Source: Corallochytrium limacisporum Hawaii
Taxonomy: Eukaryota > Protista > Pluriformea
Direction of reading: 5' to 3'
Assembly: GCA_002811645.1 (NCBI GenBank)
Contig: PDIP01000064.1
Location: 1 to 64,000 of the forward strand
Length of the DNA stretch: 64,000 nucleotides
The notes beneath the pieces are model-generated. The model was not told where the DNA came from and did no database searches. It was given only the letters and a program-made list of their open reading frames with translations. The position numbers were made by a program, and so were the translations under genes. Below, piece after piece: positions 10,155 to 21,207 of the stretch (position 1 is the stretch's first letter; every line of letters starts with the position of its first letter).

Positions 10155-12389
10155 ATGGATTTGGGACTGGGAGACAGCGAAAATCTGCACCCCATGCCCA
10201 ACGGCGCACAGCTACTGCGGCAGGACAGTGAGCCGGAATCTCTGCTGGCAGAGAGCGTGCAGTCTGAACGAGATCAATTCGGGGACCAACTTCTGTTAGC
10301 GGGCAGCAGTCTGCCGAACGACGGTAGTAGCAGCGCCGGCCATGTTAGCGCACGGCACCAGGTCCGCACTAAATGGGAGGAATACACGAGCAAGTGGATC
10401 TTGCAACGACAGCGGTGGGCTTTTTGGATCCAGACTCACGGCTGGAGCAACAAGAATTGGTTTGGTACATGGTCACCATATCTGATCGAGATAAATACTC
10501 TTGAGTTCCTCTCCATCAGTTTGCTATGGGCCTGCATGATGGTCTTTGGTATCAGTTCCGTCTTCGGCACGTCCATTGCCTTGAGTTTCGGACTGTGTGT
10601 TCTGTTGATTTCACGACACAATGTGATCACCACTCTCACGGGTATTGGATGGGAGCGCCTTGTTAAGTACCACCGGTGGTTTGCCTATATGGCGCTGGTG
10701 CCCACCATCATTCATGGGTATTACCAGACCTGGCCGGGAAATCACTGCATGCCAGTTCCGGAGGGTGGAATTCCTCAGCATGATGATCACGACCACCATG
10801 ACGCTGAAAGCGGTGACCATACCCATCATCTGGAACGTCGCCACGACCATGACGGGCCGTGCTACCAGTATTTCTGGATCTGGGGACCCATGGGAACGAC
10901 GGGCTTTATCACGGTCTGCATCTTTGTGACTATCGTACTGCTGTCGCTGCCCATCATCCGTCGGCGGTTCTTTGACTTCTTTTACCTTACACATTTTCTC
11001 TTCATTGCACTCCTAGTTATGGCTGTGGTGCACGCCCGCCAGGCGGGCAAGATCATGGCATTGGCTGTAGCACTGTATGTGATTGACAAAGTGCTGCGGT
11101 TCTTGAATACGAAGACTGCCACCATCACTCATGTTAAACATTTCGATGACGATGTAGTGAAAATAACATTCCGCAAACCTTTCCATTACCTTCCGGGACA
11201 GTTTGCATACTATCATGTCGGAAACCACCAGCACGGGCTGAGCGCATGGCACCCTCTATCTTTCAGTTCGACTCCACTGGATGGGGAGCACGCGTCCGTG
11301 ACCTTACGCGCAAGGGGCGGATGGACACGACGGCTGGCCGCTCAGCTGCAGCACGGACGCATCCATGCGTCCACATCCTTAAACGAAGACCGCAGAATTT
11401 CGGTCTCCTCGTTCACTTCTGCTCTCCGTCGCAGCTTCGGACATGACCGGGACACGGCTATGGATGGCCTTGAAATGGTATCTCACAGCAGCGAAACGGA
11501 ACACGAAGCTGAGGATGTTGGAAAAGGAACCGGTTACTGTGCTGTGAACACGAATGGTAATGGCGAAGGCAATCTGCCTCGCCTGTTCATCTCCGGTCCC
11601 TACGGCACTCCATCCATTCCTAACCTTGAACTCTATGACGGTCTGTTGCTCATCGGCGGTGGCATAGGCATCACGCCACTGATGAGCCACTATCTCACAC
11701 TCGACCCTCACCGACGAGTGGAGGTAGAGGATGTCCTTTATCATACCAACCGCAGGGCCCCCGGTGCGCTGGTGCCGTTGCCGGCACACTCCAGTGACGA
11801 CCAGCACAGGCGTCATCTACATGCCGTACGACTGCTTTGGAGTGTCAAGCACGAATCGGCCATCGAATGGTTCCGTGACGAATTGCAGACCATGGCTCTG
11901 AGTGAGCAGGAAAGTCGCATCGGCCAAGGCAAAGGATCGAACCGTGTTCGCAATCTTCAGCAGGAGCGACTGATGAGGAGTGGTGAAGCGGACGATTCCG
12001 GCGCGCGCCGGCGCTCAATGGATGACAATGACAGATCCTCTGGCCCGGCATGGGATGCGTCCTGTAAAGTGTTTGTTACACGTCAACACGAGCTCAGCGA
12101 TGACCTGCGCAACGTGCAGCAGAATGAGCATGGATTTGAGGCATTCCCTGGACGACCTGACCTGCGCCGCGAAGTGGAATCGTTCACGAAGCAAGTAATC
12201 ACGGACAGCGACCGAGACGGACGTGTACAGCGACATGATGCCAAACATTGGCACCGTGCTGACCGCGTATACATTGCTGTCTTTGTTTGCGGCCCGGCTT
12301 CTCAAATGGCTAAGGTGAATGCATTGGTCCGAAGCATGCGCAACGATGCTGTCGAATACCACCTGCACGCCGAGACCTTCGAGATGTGA
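10155..12389 (+). CDS. Ferric reductase / NADPH oxidase-family flavocytochrome (FRE-like)
   Basis: Heme His pairs (YHRW...IIHG; THFL...VHA), FAD motif WHPLS, GPYG, NADPH motifs GGGIGITP and VCGP, terminal ETF; start context caccATGG. Confidence 0.9.
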   Translation: MDLGLGDSENLHPMPNGAQLLRQDSEPESLLAESVQSERDQFGDQLLLAGSSLPNDGSSSAGHVSARHQVRTKWEEYTSKWILQRQRWAFWIQTHGWSNKNWFGTWSPYLIEINTLEFLSISLLWACMMVFGISSVFGTSIALSFGLCVLLISRHNVITTLTGIGWERLVKYHRWFAYMALVPTIIHGYYQTWPGNHCMPVPEGGIPQHDDHDHHDAESGDHTHHLERRHDHDGPCYQYFWIWGPMGTTGFITVCIFVTIVLLSLPIIRRRFFDFFYLTHFLFIALLVMAVVHARQAGKIMALAVALYVIDKVLRFLNTKTATITHVKHFDDDVVKITFRKPFHYLPGQFAYYHVGNHQHGLSAWHPLSFSSTPLDGEHASVTLRARGGWTRRLAAQLQHGRIHASTSLNEDRRISVSSFTSALRRSFGHDRDTAMDGLEMVSHSSETEHEAEDVGKGTGYCAVNTNGNGEGNLPRLFISGPYGTPSIPNLELYDGLLLIGGGIGITPLMSHYLTLDPHRRVEVEDVLYHTNRRAPGALVPLPAHSSDDQHRRHLHAVRLLWSVKHESAIEWFRDELQTMALSEQESRIGQGKGSNRVRNLQQERLMRSGEADDSGARRRSMDDNDRSSGPAWDASCKVFVTRQHELSDDLRNVQQNEHGFEAFPGRPDLRREVESFTKQVITDSDRDGRVQRHDAKHWHRADRVYIAVFVCGPASQMAKVNALVRSMRNDAVEYHLHAETFEM

Positions 12390-12903
12390 TGTATGTGACT
12401 GGTGGACACGATGCCTTTTCCTTTCTTCGATGTCTTCGTCCCCTAGGCATCACCATCACCAACGTCCAATATGTACCATAGCCATCTAGTCGACGAGCCA
12501 ACTCATCGTCGGTGCATCGCTCTCATCGTTTCATGGTTCATACCCCATTTCTTTGCGAACGAGAGTGCCCCTTCCTTAGCCCCCCCTCCCCCGCGGGGCC
12601 GGGCGTTGAGCCAGAACCCCCGGCCCTCTCACTCGTCCCGGTCTTTTTTCCCAGTCACCGCCGCTCGGTAGTTCCGAACGCATGGAAACCCTGTGGAAGT
12701 TTTGCGGAAGGTTCTTTACCGGTTAGACAAGTGAACGTATTTAAAGAAAGTTTTAGTATTCCTCATAACAATCATCGTATCCTGGGCTAGTAGTGTGGTC
12801 ATAAGGGCATGTTCAGTTATTAAAGATTGACGAGATCTAACGTCATTGACTGCCAAACGCACAGTGTCAATAGAGACCTTAGATGTGAAATTGGTGTGCG
12901 GTA

Positions 12904-13785
12904 ATGGCAGAACCCGACTTCGCCGGAGGCGGGAGTCGCGGACGGCGCAACACTAACAAAGATTCCGTTGGATTGTATGTGAGCTTTGGCACGGACAATA
13001 ATGTGGACTCTGACCTCCTTCATGAACTCTTCACGCAGGCAGGCCCGGTGAAGGAAGTGTACATACCGGTTGACAAGAATACGGACGCGCCGGCAGGCTA
13101 CGGATTTGTAGAGATGGAAAGCATGTTAGATGCACAGTATGCAATTCGCGTCCTCAACATGGTCAAGCTATACGGAAAGCCCCTGACCGTGCGACTTAGC
13201 CGCAAAGGTGGTGATAACGAGGGACCAACGGGTGGATCGAAGGGACCGGACCCGCAGGACGTCGGCGCTAATTTGGTTGTGCGAAATCTGGATCCATCAG
13301 TAGATGCCAAAACTCTCTACGACGCCTTCTCAGCTTTCGGTTTTCTTATCAATGGCCCAACAGTACTGGAGAGCCGCAAGAAGGAGCATACTTTGGCAGG
13401 GCTTGACAAATTGAAGAAAGATTCGGATGAGACAGTCCATCCGAACCACGCGTTCCTCTCCTACGACAACTTTGCAAGTAGCGACGCCGCCGTTGCTGCG
13501 TTGAACGGACAGTATCTTGCAAATCGGCCAATGTACGTCGGCTACGCCCGAAAGCGGAATGATCCGACTCAGACGCACGGGGATGCCGTCGACCGTCACA
13601 TGGCTGCGCAGCTCTTGGCGGAGCGAGTGCAGCTTCATGCGCAGGCCGGCATACCCGGAAGTGGGAACGCCGAGGACTACGCCTTGCTCCTCCAACCGCA
13701 CACAATGTTCGCGGATGGTCCACCAGACCTTCGACAGAGCACCATTGCCAGCACAACGGTTCCTGCATCGTCATACAGACATTAG
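12904..13785 (+). CDS. SF3B4: Splicing factor 3B subunit 4 (Hsh49), two RRMs, divergent
   Basis: ELFTQAGPV, GYGFVE, YAIRVLNMVKLYGKP, DVGANL, LYDAFSAFG, NGQYLANRP, HG..DR..AAQ. Confidence 0.85.
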   Translation: MAEPDFAGGGSRGRRNTNKDSVGLYVSFGTDNNVDSDLLHELFTQAGPVKEVYIPVDKNTDAPAGYGFVEMESMLDAQYAIRVLNMVKLYGKPLTVRLSRKGGDNEGPTGGSKGPDPQDVGANLVVRNLDPSVDAKTLYDAFSAFGFLINGPTVLESRKKEHTLAGLDKLKKDSDETVHPNHAFLSYDNFASSDAAVAALNGQYLANRPMYVGYARKRNDPTQTHGDAVDRHMAAQLLAERVQLHAQAGIPGSGNAEDYALLLQPHTMFADGPPDLRQSTIASTTVPASSYRH

Positions 13786-13898
13786 GGTGCTCACCCATTT
13801 TGATATTTTGTGAGCATTCTATCGAAGACATCAGCAGCCTCTCCATCATTCGATTCGATTACTATATAACTTTTATGCTCTATTTCTAGTCTACATGT

Positions 13899-16800
13899 TC
13901 AGCGTGTATGCTTCTTCGCAGCCAATTGCAGCTTTCTACTAACCGGTAGGATCATTTCTGAAGTGAAGCCCCGGCAGATACCGTGGATCAGCATGAGGAA
14001 GACTGAGTTGGCGCTTGCAATCACAAAGTGGCTGATACTGGTACCAATTTCCTTCCAGGATCCCTCGTCACGGACAAGAAAGAAGAAATTGAGAGCCATC
14101 AAATCAGTCATGACAATGACAATAAAGAACAGGGAGTTCCTAGGCACGTGTAAAGTCTGGTGCACTGCGTTGAAGGCGCTCATGGTCAGAATGAAAGGAA
14201 TGAGGACCTTCACGACGAGCAAACCGCCCATGATGAATGGGTTGAAGACCGTAACGAAGCGATACGCAGACGCCGGGTTGAAACTCGAGATCGACGCAAA
14301 ATTTCCGGTGCCGAAGAAAGAGTAGAGCTGCAGGAACAGGAAGATGTAGGCACTGCGTACGTCGCGGAACATGACACTGCGTAGGAACCGTCCGCCTTCG
14401 TTGTCTTCGGGATTGCTAAAGTACAGATTGTGCAGATACTCTTGGCGCCGGGTCGGGCTCAGCTTGTGTTCCAGCAGAAACCAGTACAGCAGCAGGGCAC
14501 TCAGGTTAGCATAGAACCAGCCTTCGTAATACAATGACAGAACAAGATATGGAGCAGCAAATGCCATGGCAATACTCAGCAGACGCGCCAGGTAGTGCGG
14601 CGAAGCGTAGCGGGGCTGCAAGAAGGCACCAAGTAGCAGAGACCAACTGATGACCATGTCGTAAACGGGCAAGCCATTTTTCTCTTTCCAGCTCTTGGCC
14701 GCGTCATTCACCACAAAAATGGACAGACAGATAAGCATGATCTGGATCATTGTTAGCATCAACGTGCGGCTCTTGCTCTGCCAGACCTTCGGGTACTCGT
14801 CCAGCTTTCGCGGTTGAACATGGAAGTAGTCTCTGGAGACACTGAAAACGCCAGCTCCGATAATAAAACCACCACTAATGCTCACAAGCGTCTCATTGGA
14901 GCCGAAATCAACGGGAAGGAAGCAGTACACACTGCCCAATAAACATGCCACCAGCCAGCAACTGACTGTGACCTTATCGGTCTGCGTCAGGTTGGAGGTT
15001 AAGGGCCAGATCATGATACATAGCAGAATTACACTCATCATCTGACGGTAATAGAAGCTAATCACCAGCAATTCTACCCCAAAAATCGTTCCTAGAAGAG
15101 CAATCGCTTGATGGGTGGTTGTATACTTGGAGTTGACCCAGTTCCGAACGTCCTGGATGATGAAGCGACGCTTCAGTACCAGGCACCAGAAGAACAACGG
15201 GAAGAAAGCATACAAGTAGTACGTGATCGGCGAGTTTTCCCAGAAGAGAAAGGTTGCGATAAAGGCGGCCAGACTAGTGAACACGTACTCAAGCCAAATG
15301 TCACCACCAATATGTTCGTTGCTGGCCTGGTAGATCATGAATTCCGTGTTCAAGTGGTACTGGCAGATGGCTGTGTAGTGGCGGAAAATAAACATGGACA
15401 GGAAGCTCATCCAACCTAGGTAACCCACAACCACAAAGATCTGTAACATGAACCGATCATAGGTCTGGTAGTACCAAGAGCCCTCCAGACAGAGGTCGAT
15501 GAGGTGCAATGCGATCTTACGAGCCTCTGTAAACTTGCCGTTGGCGAGAGCAAACTCCGCTTGACTAATCAGATCCGAGTCTTTTCCGTTGTCCAAAGGC
15601 GGAAATGCGCGGAAGAAAACCTTCGAGTCGGCTTTGAGCTTCTGCTTCGCGCGGTACTGCATCAGCATCTGCTTGGCATTGTTAAAGATGGCTCGCGCCA
15701 ATGGCTCCGGACCCAAATCAAGGTAATCCATGGGAAGCACACCAACACTATGCATTGGAATCGGAATGCCCAACAGCGTGCTCATCAACGGTGCAATGTC
15801 CGCCTGTTCCACGTCCCGACGCATTCTTTCCGCCAGACCCCAGGCGTCAATCAGACCATCTCCGTCCCGGTCCTTGTGCAACTGCTGTGATTCATACATA
15901 CTCTTTCCCGCTCCGCGTGAGACTGACGCTTCCGGAATCCTGCTGTTTGAGCTCCTCCGTTCATCGTCATCTGCCGTTCCCGCTTCCTCTTCATCATCTT
16001 GCAAGCCCGGACTGACTCCCTGTACTGCCACCCCCGCTCCCCATGCGACCAGCGGGGTCATCGTTTCATCCGCACTTCCGTCACCGTGCGAGCCCCGGTG
16101 ACTCATGCCATGGTCGGCAGTGAAGATGTACGCGGTGCGCCCGTCGTAATTGTAGTATTCTTCGACCATCCGCACCATCCTCCGGATCCCCTCATCCACA
16201 ACCTCAATATTACTCAGGTACTCCACTGAGTTCGGACGATAGGCATGTCCATTGCTGTCAATGCCCAACAGATGGAAAAAGAAAATGATGCCATCCTGAT
16301 CCAATTCCTCCACCAGGGTCATCTTGGAATTGGGTCTAGGGACCTTGTCCTGGATGATCCGCGCCTCTTCCGCAGTTTCCAGGAACTCAGTGACCATATC
16401 GAATACCCACCGATCCAGGTCAGCATTGTCGTACTGGGCAAAATCCTCAAAATGCGGCGGGTACATGAATGCTTCTACCCTTCCTGGAGCTGCACCCTTC
16501 TGAAACATCGGCAGAATATCCGGGGAACCCCAGGAGTACGTGTGAGTAGTCTCGTTAAATACACTGTCGAACTCCACAGGATTCTCGGACCAGCCGCGCG
16601 TGACAGCACTGACATCCTCGTAGAAGCCCGCAATCAAGGCTACATGCCCTGGACGTGATTCAGTGGGCACACGCGTATGGCTTACGCCCCATGTGCCCTT
16701 GCGTAGGACGATGTCACGGAGGAACGGCGCCCTGCCACCAACTCCGGCATCCGTATGCGGGCCGCCCTCGAAGAATTTGTCCGCCCGGAGACCATCTGCC

Positions 16801-17069
16801 ACAAAGAGAACCAGACGCTTAGCCGGCGGTTCAGGAATTCCAAGGTCGTTCGGTACTGGCTGGATCCCGTGCTGCACAATTGGGGACGTAAAGTAAATGT
16901 CAAAGATACTGCAGACATAGACCAGGTGGAAGATGACACCGAGCACCAGGATAACTGTGGCTGCACGGCCTGTTTCCATCTGCATAATGTCGTACCGTAA
17001 CCGCCATGGCATTTTCACCCCCGCACTCGTGGCGGCCTCGGGATACTGGTATCTTCTGAAGGTACCCAT
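13899..17069 (-). CDS. PIGN: GPI ethanolamine-phosphate transferase 1 (PIG-N/Mcd4)
   Basis: SIFDIYF, LVLFVADGLRAD, HTRVPTESRPGHVA, HLLGIDSNGH, TADHGMS, FFGTGNFASISSF, GSWKEIGTSISHF; true start may be one of the next ATGs. Confidence 0.96.
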   Translation of the reverse strand: MGTFRRYQYPEAATSAGVKMPWRLRYDIMQMETGRAATVILVLGVIFHLVYVCSIFDIYFTSPIVQHGIQPVPNDLGIPEPPAKRLVLFVADGLRADKFFEGGPHTDAGVGGRAPFLRDIVLRKGTWGVSHTRVPTESRPGHVALIAGFYEDVSAVTRGWSENPVEFDSVFNETTHTYSWGSPDILPMFQKGAAPGRVEAFMYPPHFEDFAQYDNADLDRWVFDMVTEFLETAEEARIIQDKVPRPNSKMTLVEELDQDGIIFFFHLLGIDSNGHAYRPNSVEYLSNIEVVDEGIRRMVRMVEEYYNYDGRTAYIFTADHGMSHRGSHGDGSADETMTPLVAWGAGVAVQGVSPGLQDDEEEAGTADDDERRSSNSRIPEASVSRGAGKSMYESQQLHKDRDGDGLIDAWGLAERMRRDVEQADIAPLMSTLLGIPIPMHSVGVLPMDYLDLGPEPLARAIFNNAKQMLMQYRAKQKLKADSKVFFRAFPPLDNGKDSDLISQAEFALANGKFTEARKIALHLIDLCLEGSWYYQTYDRFMLQIFVVVGYLGWMSFLSMFIFRHYTAICQYHLNTEFMIYQASNEHIGGDIWLEYVFTSLAAFIATFLFWENSPITYYLYAFFPLFFWCLVLKRRFIIQDVRNWVNSKYTTTHQAIALLGTIFGVELLVISFYYRQMMSVILLCIMIWPLTSNLTQTDKVTVSCWLVACLLGSVYCFLPVDFGSNETLVSISGGFIIGAGVFSVSRDYFHVQPRKLDEYPKVWQSKSRTLMLTMIQIMLICLSIFVVNDAAKSWKEKNGLPVYDMVISWSLLLGAFLQPRYASPHYLARLLSIAMAFAAPYLVLSLYYEGWFYANLSALLLYWFLLEHKLSPTRRQEYLHNLYFSNPEDNEGGRFLRSVMFRDVRSAYIFLFLQLYSFFGTGNFASISSFNPASAYRFVTVFNPFIMGGLLVVKVLIPFILTMSAFNAVHQTLHVPRNSLFFIVIVMTDLMALNFFFLVRDEGSWKEIGTSISHFVIASANSVFLMLIHGICRGFTSEMILPVSRKLQLAAKKHTR

Positions 17070-18882
17070 GTCTATGTGTACGGATATGTCAGAGTCTTGG
17101 TTGCTGACCCCTTTGAACTACCGAACCATAGTGTCGTTCACAAACATAGCTGATGCCCTCTTTGTGAAACGAACTGACTGTGATGCATTCAATGTGTGTG
17201 TCATAAAGTTCAGTGTCTGGGTGCCCTGACATACCATCCGAATGCATTGGAACGTGGCACCGCAACCGTCCACGCACGCTTGCTTACGTCGACCGCGATA
17301 CGAAACAACTCGTTCTAATTTGAGGGGCAAAAAACCCCCGGGGGGGGGAATCCAGTCCTAACCAAACAAGAGCCCGCTTCTGAATCAAAGGTACATTTAG
17401 TATTTGCGAACTTAATGATTGATTCACATCAAACCAATAGTAAGTACTGAAGACATTGTAATCTATCCTTATGAGCAGTTCGAACAAATTAGAATGTTAA
17501 TGTATTCAGCCATCCAATTGATTATGTTTTGATTTCTTCCAGGAGTCTATTTTCCAATAATTCGCGTTCCCCACCCAACAACCGTAGGGTGGGTACCCTG
17601 CTCCAGTCCCGCCGCCGCATACCCCCACCGGCAAGGAAGACGGGAACAATGGGCAGGGGACGGAGGGAGAGAGACCTCTATTGGTACCACCCCACACACC
17701 AGCAGTTTGGTGCTAATCAGATCTCAAGTAAATACCCAAGCAATGTGATTACTTTGTCGCACCCTTCGGTCGCTTCGGTTATCTCTCCCTTCATTTTATT
17801 CGCTTGTCTTTTCGTCCTTCTTCTTCTTTTTTTTTCCCTTTCTTTTTCTTTTCTTTCCTTCGTTTCTTGTCTCCCCTGACATCTTTTCCCCGGGCTCCTC
17901 CGTTACCCTCCCCCGCCGGGGGGAGGGGGGACCGTACTCCCGTACCAACTGACGCATTTCCTGCCCCCCCCCCCCGGGGGTCGCTGCTTTGCCACTCCCC
18001 CCCTTTCGCTCTCTCTTCTTTCTTAGTAGTTTCCGTTTTTCTGACTTTTTGGAGAGGGGGGAGGTGGCAGGAAGCAAAGAACAAGGAAATATGAAAAAGG
18101 GAGAGGGGAAGGAACTCGAAGCCCGTGTATTTTTTTTAATGTTCTTGGACTGGCCCTGGCTGGGCTGCCTGCCTTGCCCACTTTAAGGGCCCCCGACCGG
18201 GAGAAGGAGGAGCGGTCCCCCACCACCGGGGCGGGGAGAGAGAGGGGGGAGAGAAGGGGGGGGGGGCCACCGTTGCCAATGATATGGACAGAAAGGTAAA
18301 AGTAATTAAGAGAAAACCATGTGATTTTCATTCTTGTGGCACCGGGGGGGGGGAGGTGCAGCAACGCGGGGCGATGAGAAATACACACACCTTCCCTTCC
18401 TCCCCCTCTACCCAAAGGGCTGCGTGTGGGAGGGGGTGAACGTGGCTGGTTACTCTTTGGCTTGGTTCGGTTTCCCTTTTTCTTTTCTCCTTTTTTTTTC
18501 TGCTGTGGTGGCTTTTTGGTAATTTTTGTTTTGTTCCTTTTGGAAGCCACGGTGTGCCTCTTTTTCACGTTTTTTTCTCTCCGCTCCGTATCTACCGCCC
18601 CGTGCGTCTCTCCAGCACTTCGTGATTGTATAGTGAATGTACCCGTCTATTTCACTTCCACCCCCCCGCCGCGTTGGCACTGGCAGCCATAACGGGGGTT
18701 GCTGGCTACCCCCGGAACGATAGATCTGCGTCATCAAACGCAGCCCGCACTACCGCACCGCTTCCGGTAAACCGGAAACACACACCTGCCATCGGACTTA
18801 GTTGTTTGTGTTTATATACTTAATGTATGGCCGTGCGAACCTACCCATGGTGATATTGATCTCCGTTCGGTTCGACAGGGCT

Positions 18883-18898
18883 CTTCCCCCGGGGGAAG
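18883..18898. promoter_or_regulatory. Perfect 16-bp palindrome CTTCCCCCGGGGGAAG in the PIGN/lipase divergent region
   Basis: Directly visible palindrome; function inferred. Confidence 0.4.
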
Positions 18899-19554
18899 TG
18901 GAGGGGGGCGGACCCGGGGCAAAAGGGAACATGGCGATTTTTTTTGGGGCGCGCGATCCGGTACATTCGCTACTGTCCACATTGACAGAAAACTGCGACA
19001 CACACCACTGGTGTCGGGACCAGAGAAAATTCCCTCCTTCGTTCTCACCTTTATCCAGCGGGGCCCGCCTCCAGCTGCGCGATGAAAGAGCGAAGGCAAT
19101 GTGAGAGAAAGAGCGAGAGAGAGAGAGAGGGAAAAAGGCCTGAAGGAGAGTGAGTGTACCGAACAGAGAGATGGGGACAAAGGACTATCGGGGGAGCGAG
19201 GCGGTGATGAAGACAGGGAGAAAAGGGAGAGGAAGTAAAAAAAAAAAGAAAGGAAAGGGGGTGAGGAAAAGAGAGTCAGTCGGTCGTCCGGGGGCTATTT
19301 TTATCAACCGCGGACTCGGGCAGGTGTTTGAGGCTATGGATGTGGTCATGGGAGTGGATCCACACAAGTTTTATGGCCTGTGTCTAGTTGGGAATGAACA
19401 TTATTTGTTCTGGTGAATAAAGTTAGCGAATAGAATGCTGGGATAGATAGCAGTATTTGTGGATTGATTGCACGCTACACAGAACAGGTTTAAACAGGCT
19501 TCGTTGTATTTGTAGCCGAGCTAAAAGACGAAAGCAAGAAATATTTTAGGCAAA

Positions 19555-21207
19555 ATGTCCGTGCTCGCACCACTTGGAAATTTGCTGGTGAGCATCCTGC
19601 TCAGCATACAGCACTACCTTGCCATGATGTACGACGCGTTCATGAACTGGCTCAACCCTAGGCGTCAACTGCGCCTGCAGTTCATCCAGGAGATGAACGA
19701 AGCCCGGGATTACGGTGAATGGTATGCTGCCGCGTTGGAATGTGATGAGCTAGAGGGAAACAACAATTGGAAGCTGGACCCCCGTTCTTCTTATTATGAC
19801 GCAGAACTGATCGCCAGTCGTCTCAGGCATCTCCAGGCTGCGCGTGAAGAGGAAGACATTGACACAATGGCTTTCTTGTTGCGTCACGATTTGGTACGTG
19901 GCCTGGGCGGTATTGGTCATCCAAAGCTGTACCAGAAGTGCTACGTGGGAACTAAGAAACTGATCGAGGCCTACGTTGCCGAAGTGGTCACTCACTTATG
20001 CTTCATTCGTGACGGCGACTTCCCCGGGTTCAGCCTGAGGCAAAAAGAAATGTTTTTCCGGGATACCCGTCAGGCATTCGGTCGCACCGCACTGCTGCTG
20101 AGTGGTGGTTCCACACTGGGTATGTACCATTTCGGTGTGGTCAAGGCTCTTTATCGTTTCAACTTGTTGCCGCGTGTGATCAGCGGGTCCAGCATTGGTG
20201 CCCTAGTTGTAGCCCTGCTCGGTGTACACACCGACGACGAAATGCCGCGCCTGTTTGAGTCCAATGCCATTGACTTTAGTGCCTTTGACCGCCTTGGCAA
20301 GGGTTCCGCCAGGCGTAAGATTGCTCGTTTCCTGAAGCATGGTGTGCTGAATGACATTCGCAAGCTCGAGGGTTTCTGTCGCGGCAACATTGGTGACCTG
20401 ACCTTCCAGGAGGCCTACAACCGCACCGGTCGCATTGTGAACATTACCGTTGCGTCTACGATCACCCACGAGATGCCCTGGCTGCTGAACTATCTCACTG
20501 CTCCAAACGTGCTCATGTGGAGCGCTGCTTTGGCATCCTGTGCATCTCCTGGTCTGTACGAGCCAGTCACCATTATGTGCAAGGACCACACCGGACGGAT
20601 CGTTCCATGGCAACCCAGTACACACAAGTGGAGCGATGCCAGTCTTGAGAACGACTTGCCCATGGCCCGCTTGAGCGAGCTCTTCAACATCAATCACTTT
20701 GTGGTGAGCCAGGTCAACCCGCATGTCGTGCCTTTCCTGCACAACACTCGCAAGACCATTGACGGCTTCGGACTGATGCACGGTTTCCGCACCATTTTCC
20801 TCAGTGAGTTGCACCATCGGGTTATGCAGATGGCAGAACTGGGTCTGTTCCCAAAGATTTTGGCATGGTTGCAGCCAATTATTTCACAAAAGTACGAGGG
20901 CGATATTACGGTCGTGCCGGACGTGTCCGTGACCGACATTGCTGCCTTCTTGTCCAATCCTAACCAGGACATGCTTGCTCATGCTATTGCTGTGGGTGAA
21001 CGCAGTACGTGGCCGTACATTTCCATTATCCGCACCCGCTGCAAGATCGAGGTTACGTTGGACACGTGCATTAAGTTTGTGCGGCAGCGCAGCAAGCAGC
21101 GCACCATGTCCAGCACCGAAGAAGATGACACTCTGGTGGATAAAAACACTCTGCCCCGGAGGCGGAGCTACGGGGAGAGCATCACGAAAACCTCGATGGT
21201 CATCTAG
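19555..21207 (+). CDS. Patatin-domain triacylglycerol lipase (Tgl3/4/5, SDP1 family)
   Basis: FGRTALLLSGG, GSSIG nucleophile elbow, LTFQEAYNRTGR, LLNYLTAPNV, DAS..DLP (DGS variant), HFVVSQVNPH. Confidence 0.92.
   Translation: MSVLAPLGNLLVSILLSIQHYLAMMYDAFMNWLNPRRQLRLQFIQEMNEARDYGEWYAAALECDELEGNNNWKLDPRSSYYDAELIASRLRHLQAAREEEDIDTMAFLLRHDLVRGLGGIGHPKLYQKCYVGTKKLIEAYVAEVVTHLCFIRDGDFPGFSLRQKEMFFRDTRQAFGRTALLLSGGSTLGMYHFGVVKALYRFNLLPRVISGSSIGALVVALLGVHTDDEMPRLFESNAIDFSAFDRLGKGSARRKIARFLKHGVLNDIRKLEGFCRGNIGDLTFQEAYNRTGRIVNITVASTITHEMPWLLNYLTAPNVLMWSAALASCASPGLYEPVTIMCKDHTGRIVPWQPSTHKWSDASLENDLPMARLSELFNINHFVVSQVNPHVVPFLHNTRKTIDGFGLMHGFRTIFLSELHHRVMQMAELGLFPKILAWLQPIISQKYEGDITVVPDVSVTDIAAFLSNPNQDMLAHAIAVGERSTWPYISIIRTRCKIEVTLDTCIKFVRQRSKQRTMSSTEEDDTLVDKNTLPRRRSYGESITKTSMVI

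Noticed and set aside
17500-19420. Many short Gly/Pro/Lys/Phe-rich ORFs in intergenic islands (also 34281-35889 and 49999-51608)
   Set aside because: Artefacts of homopolymer tracts and N gaps
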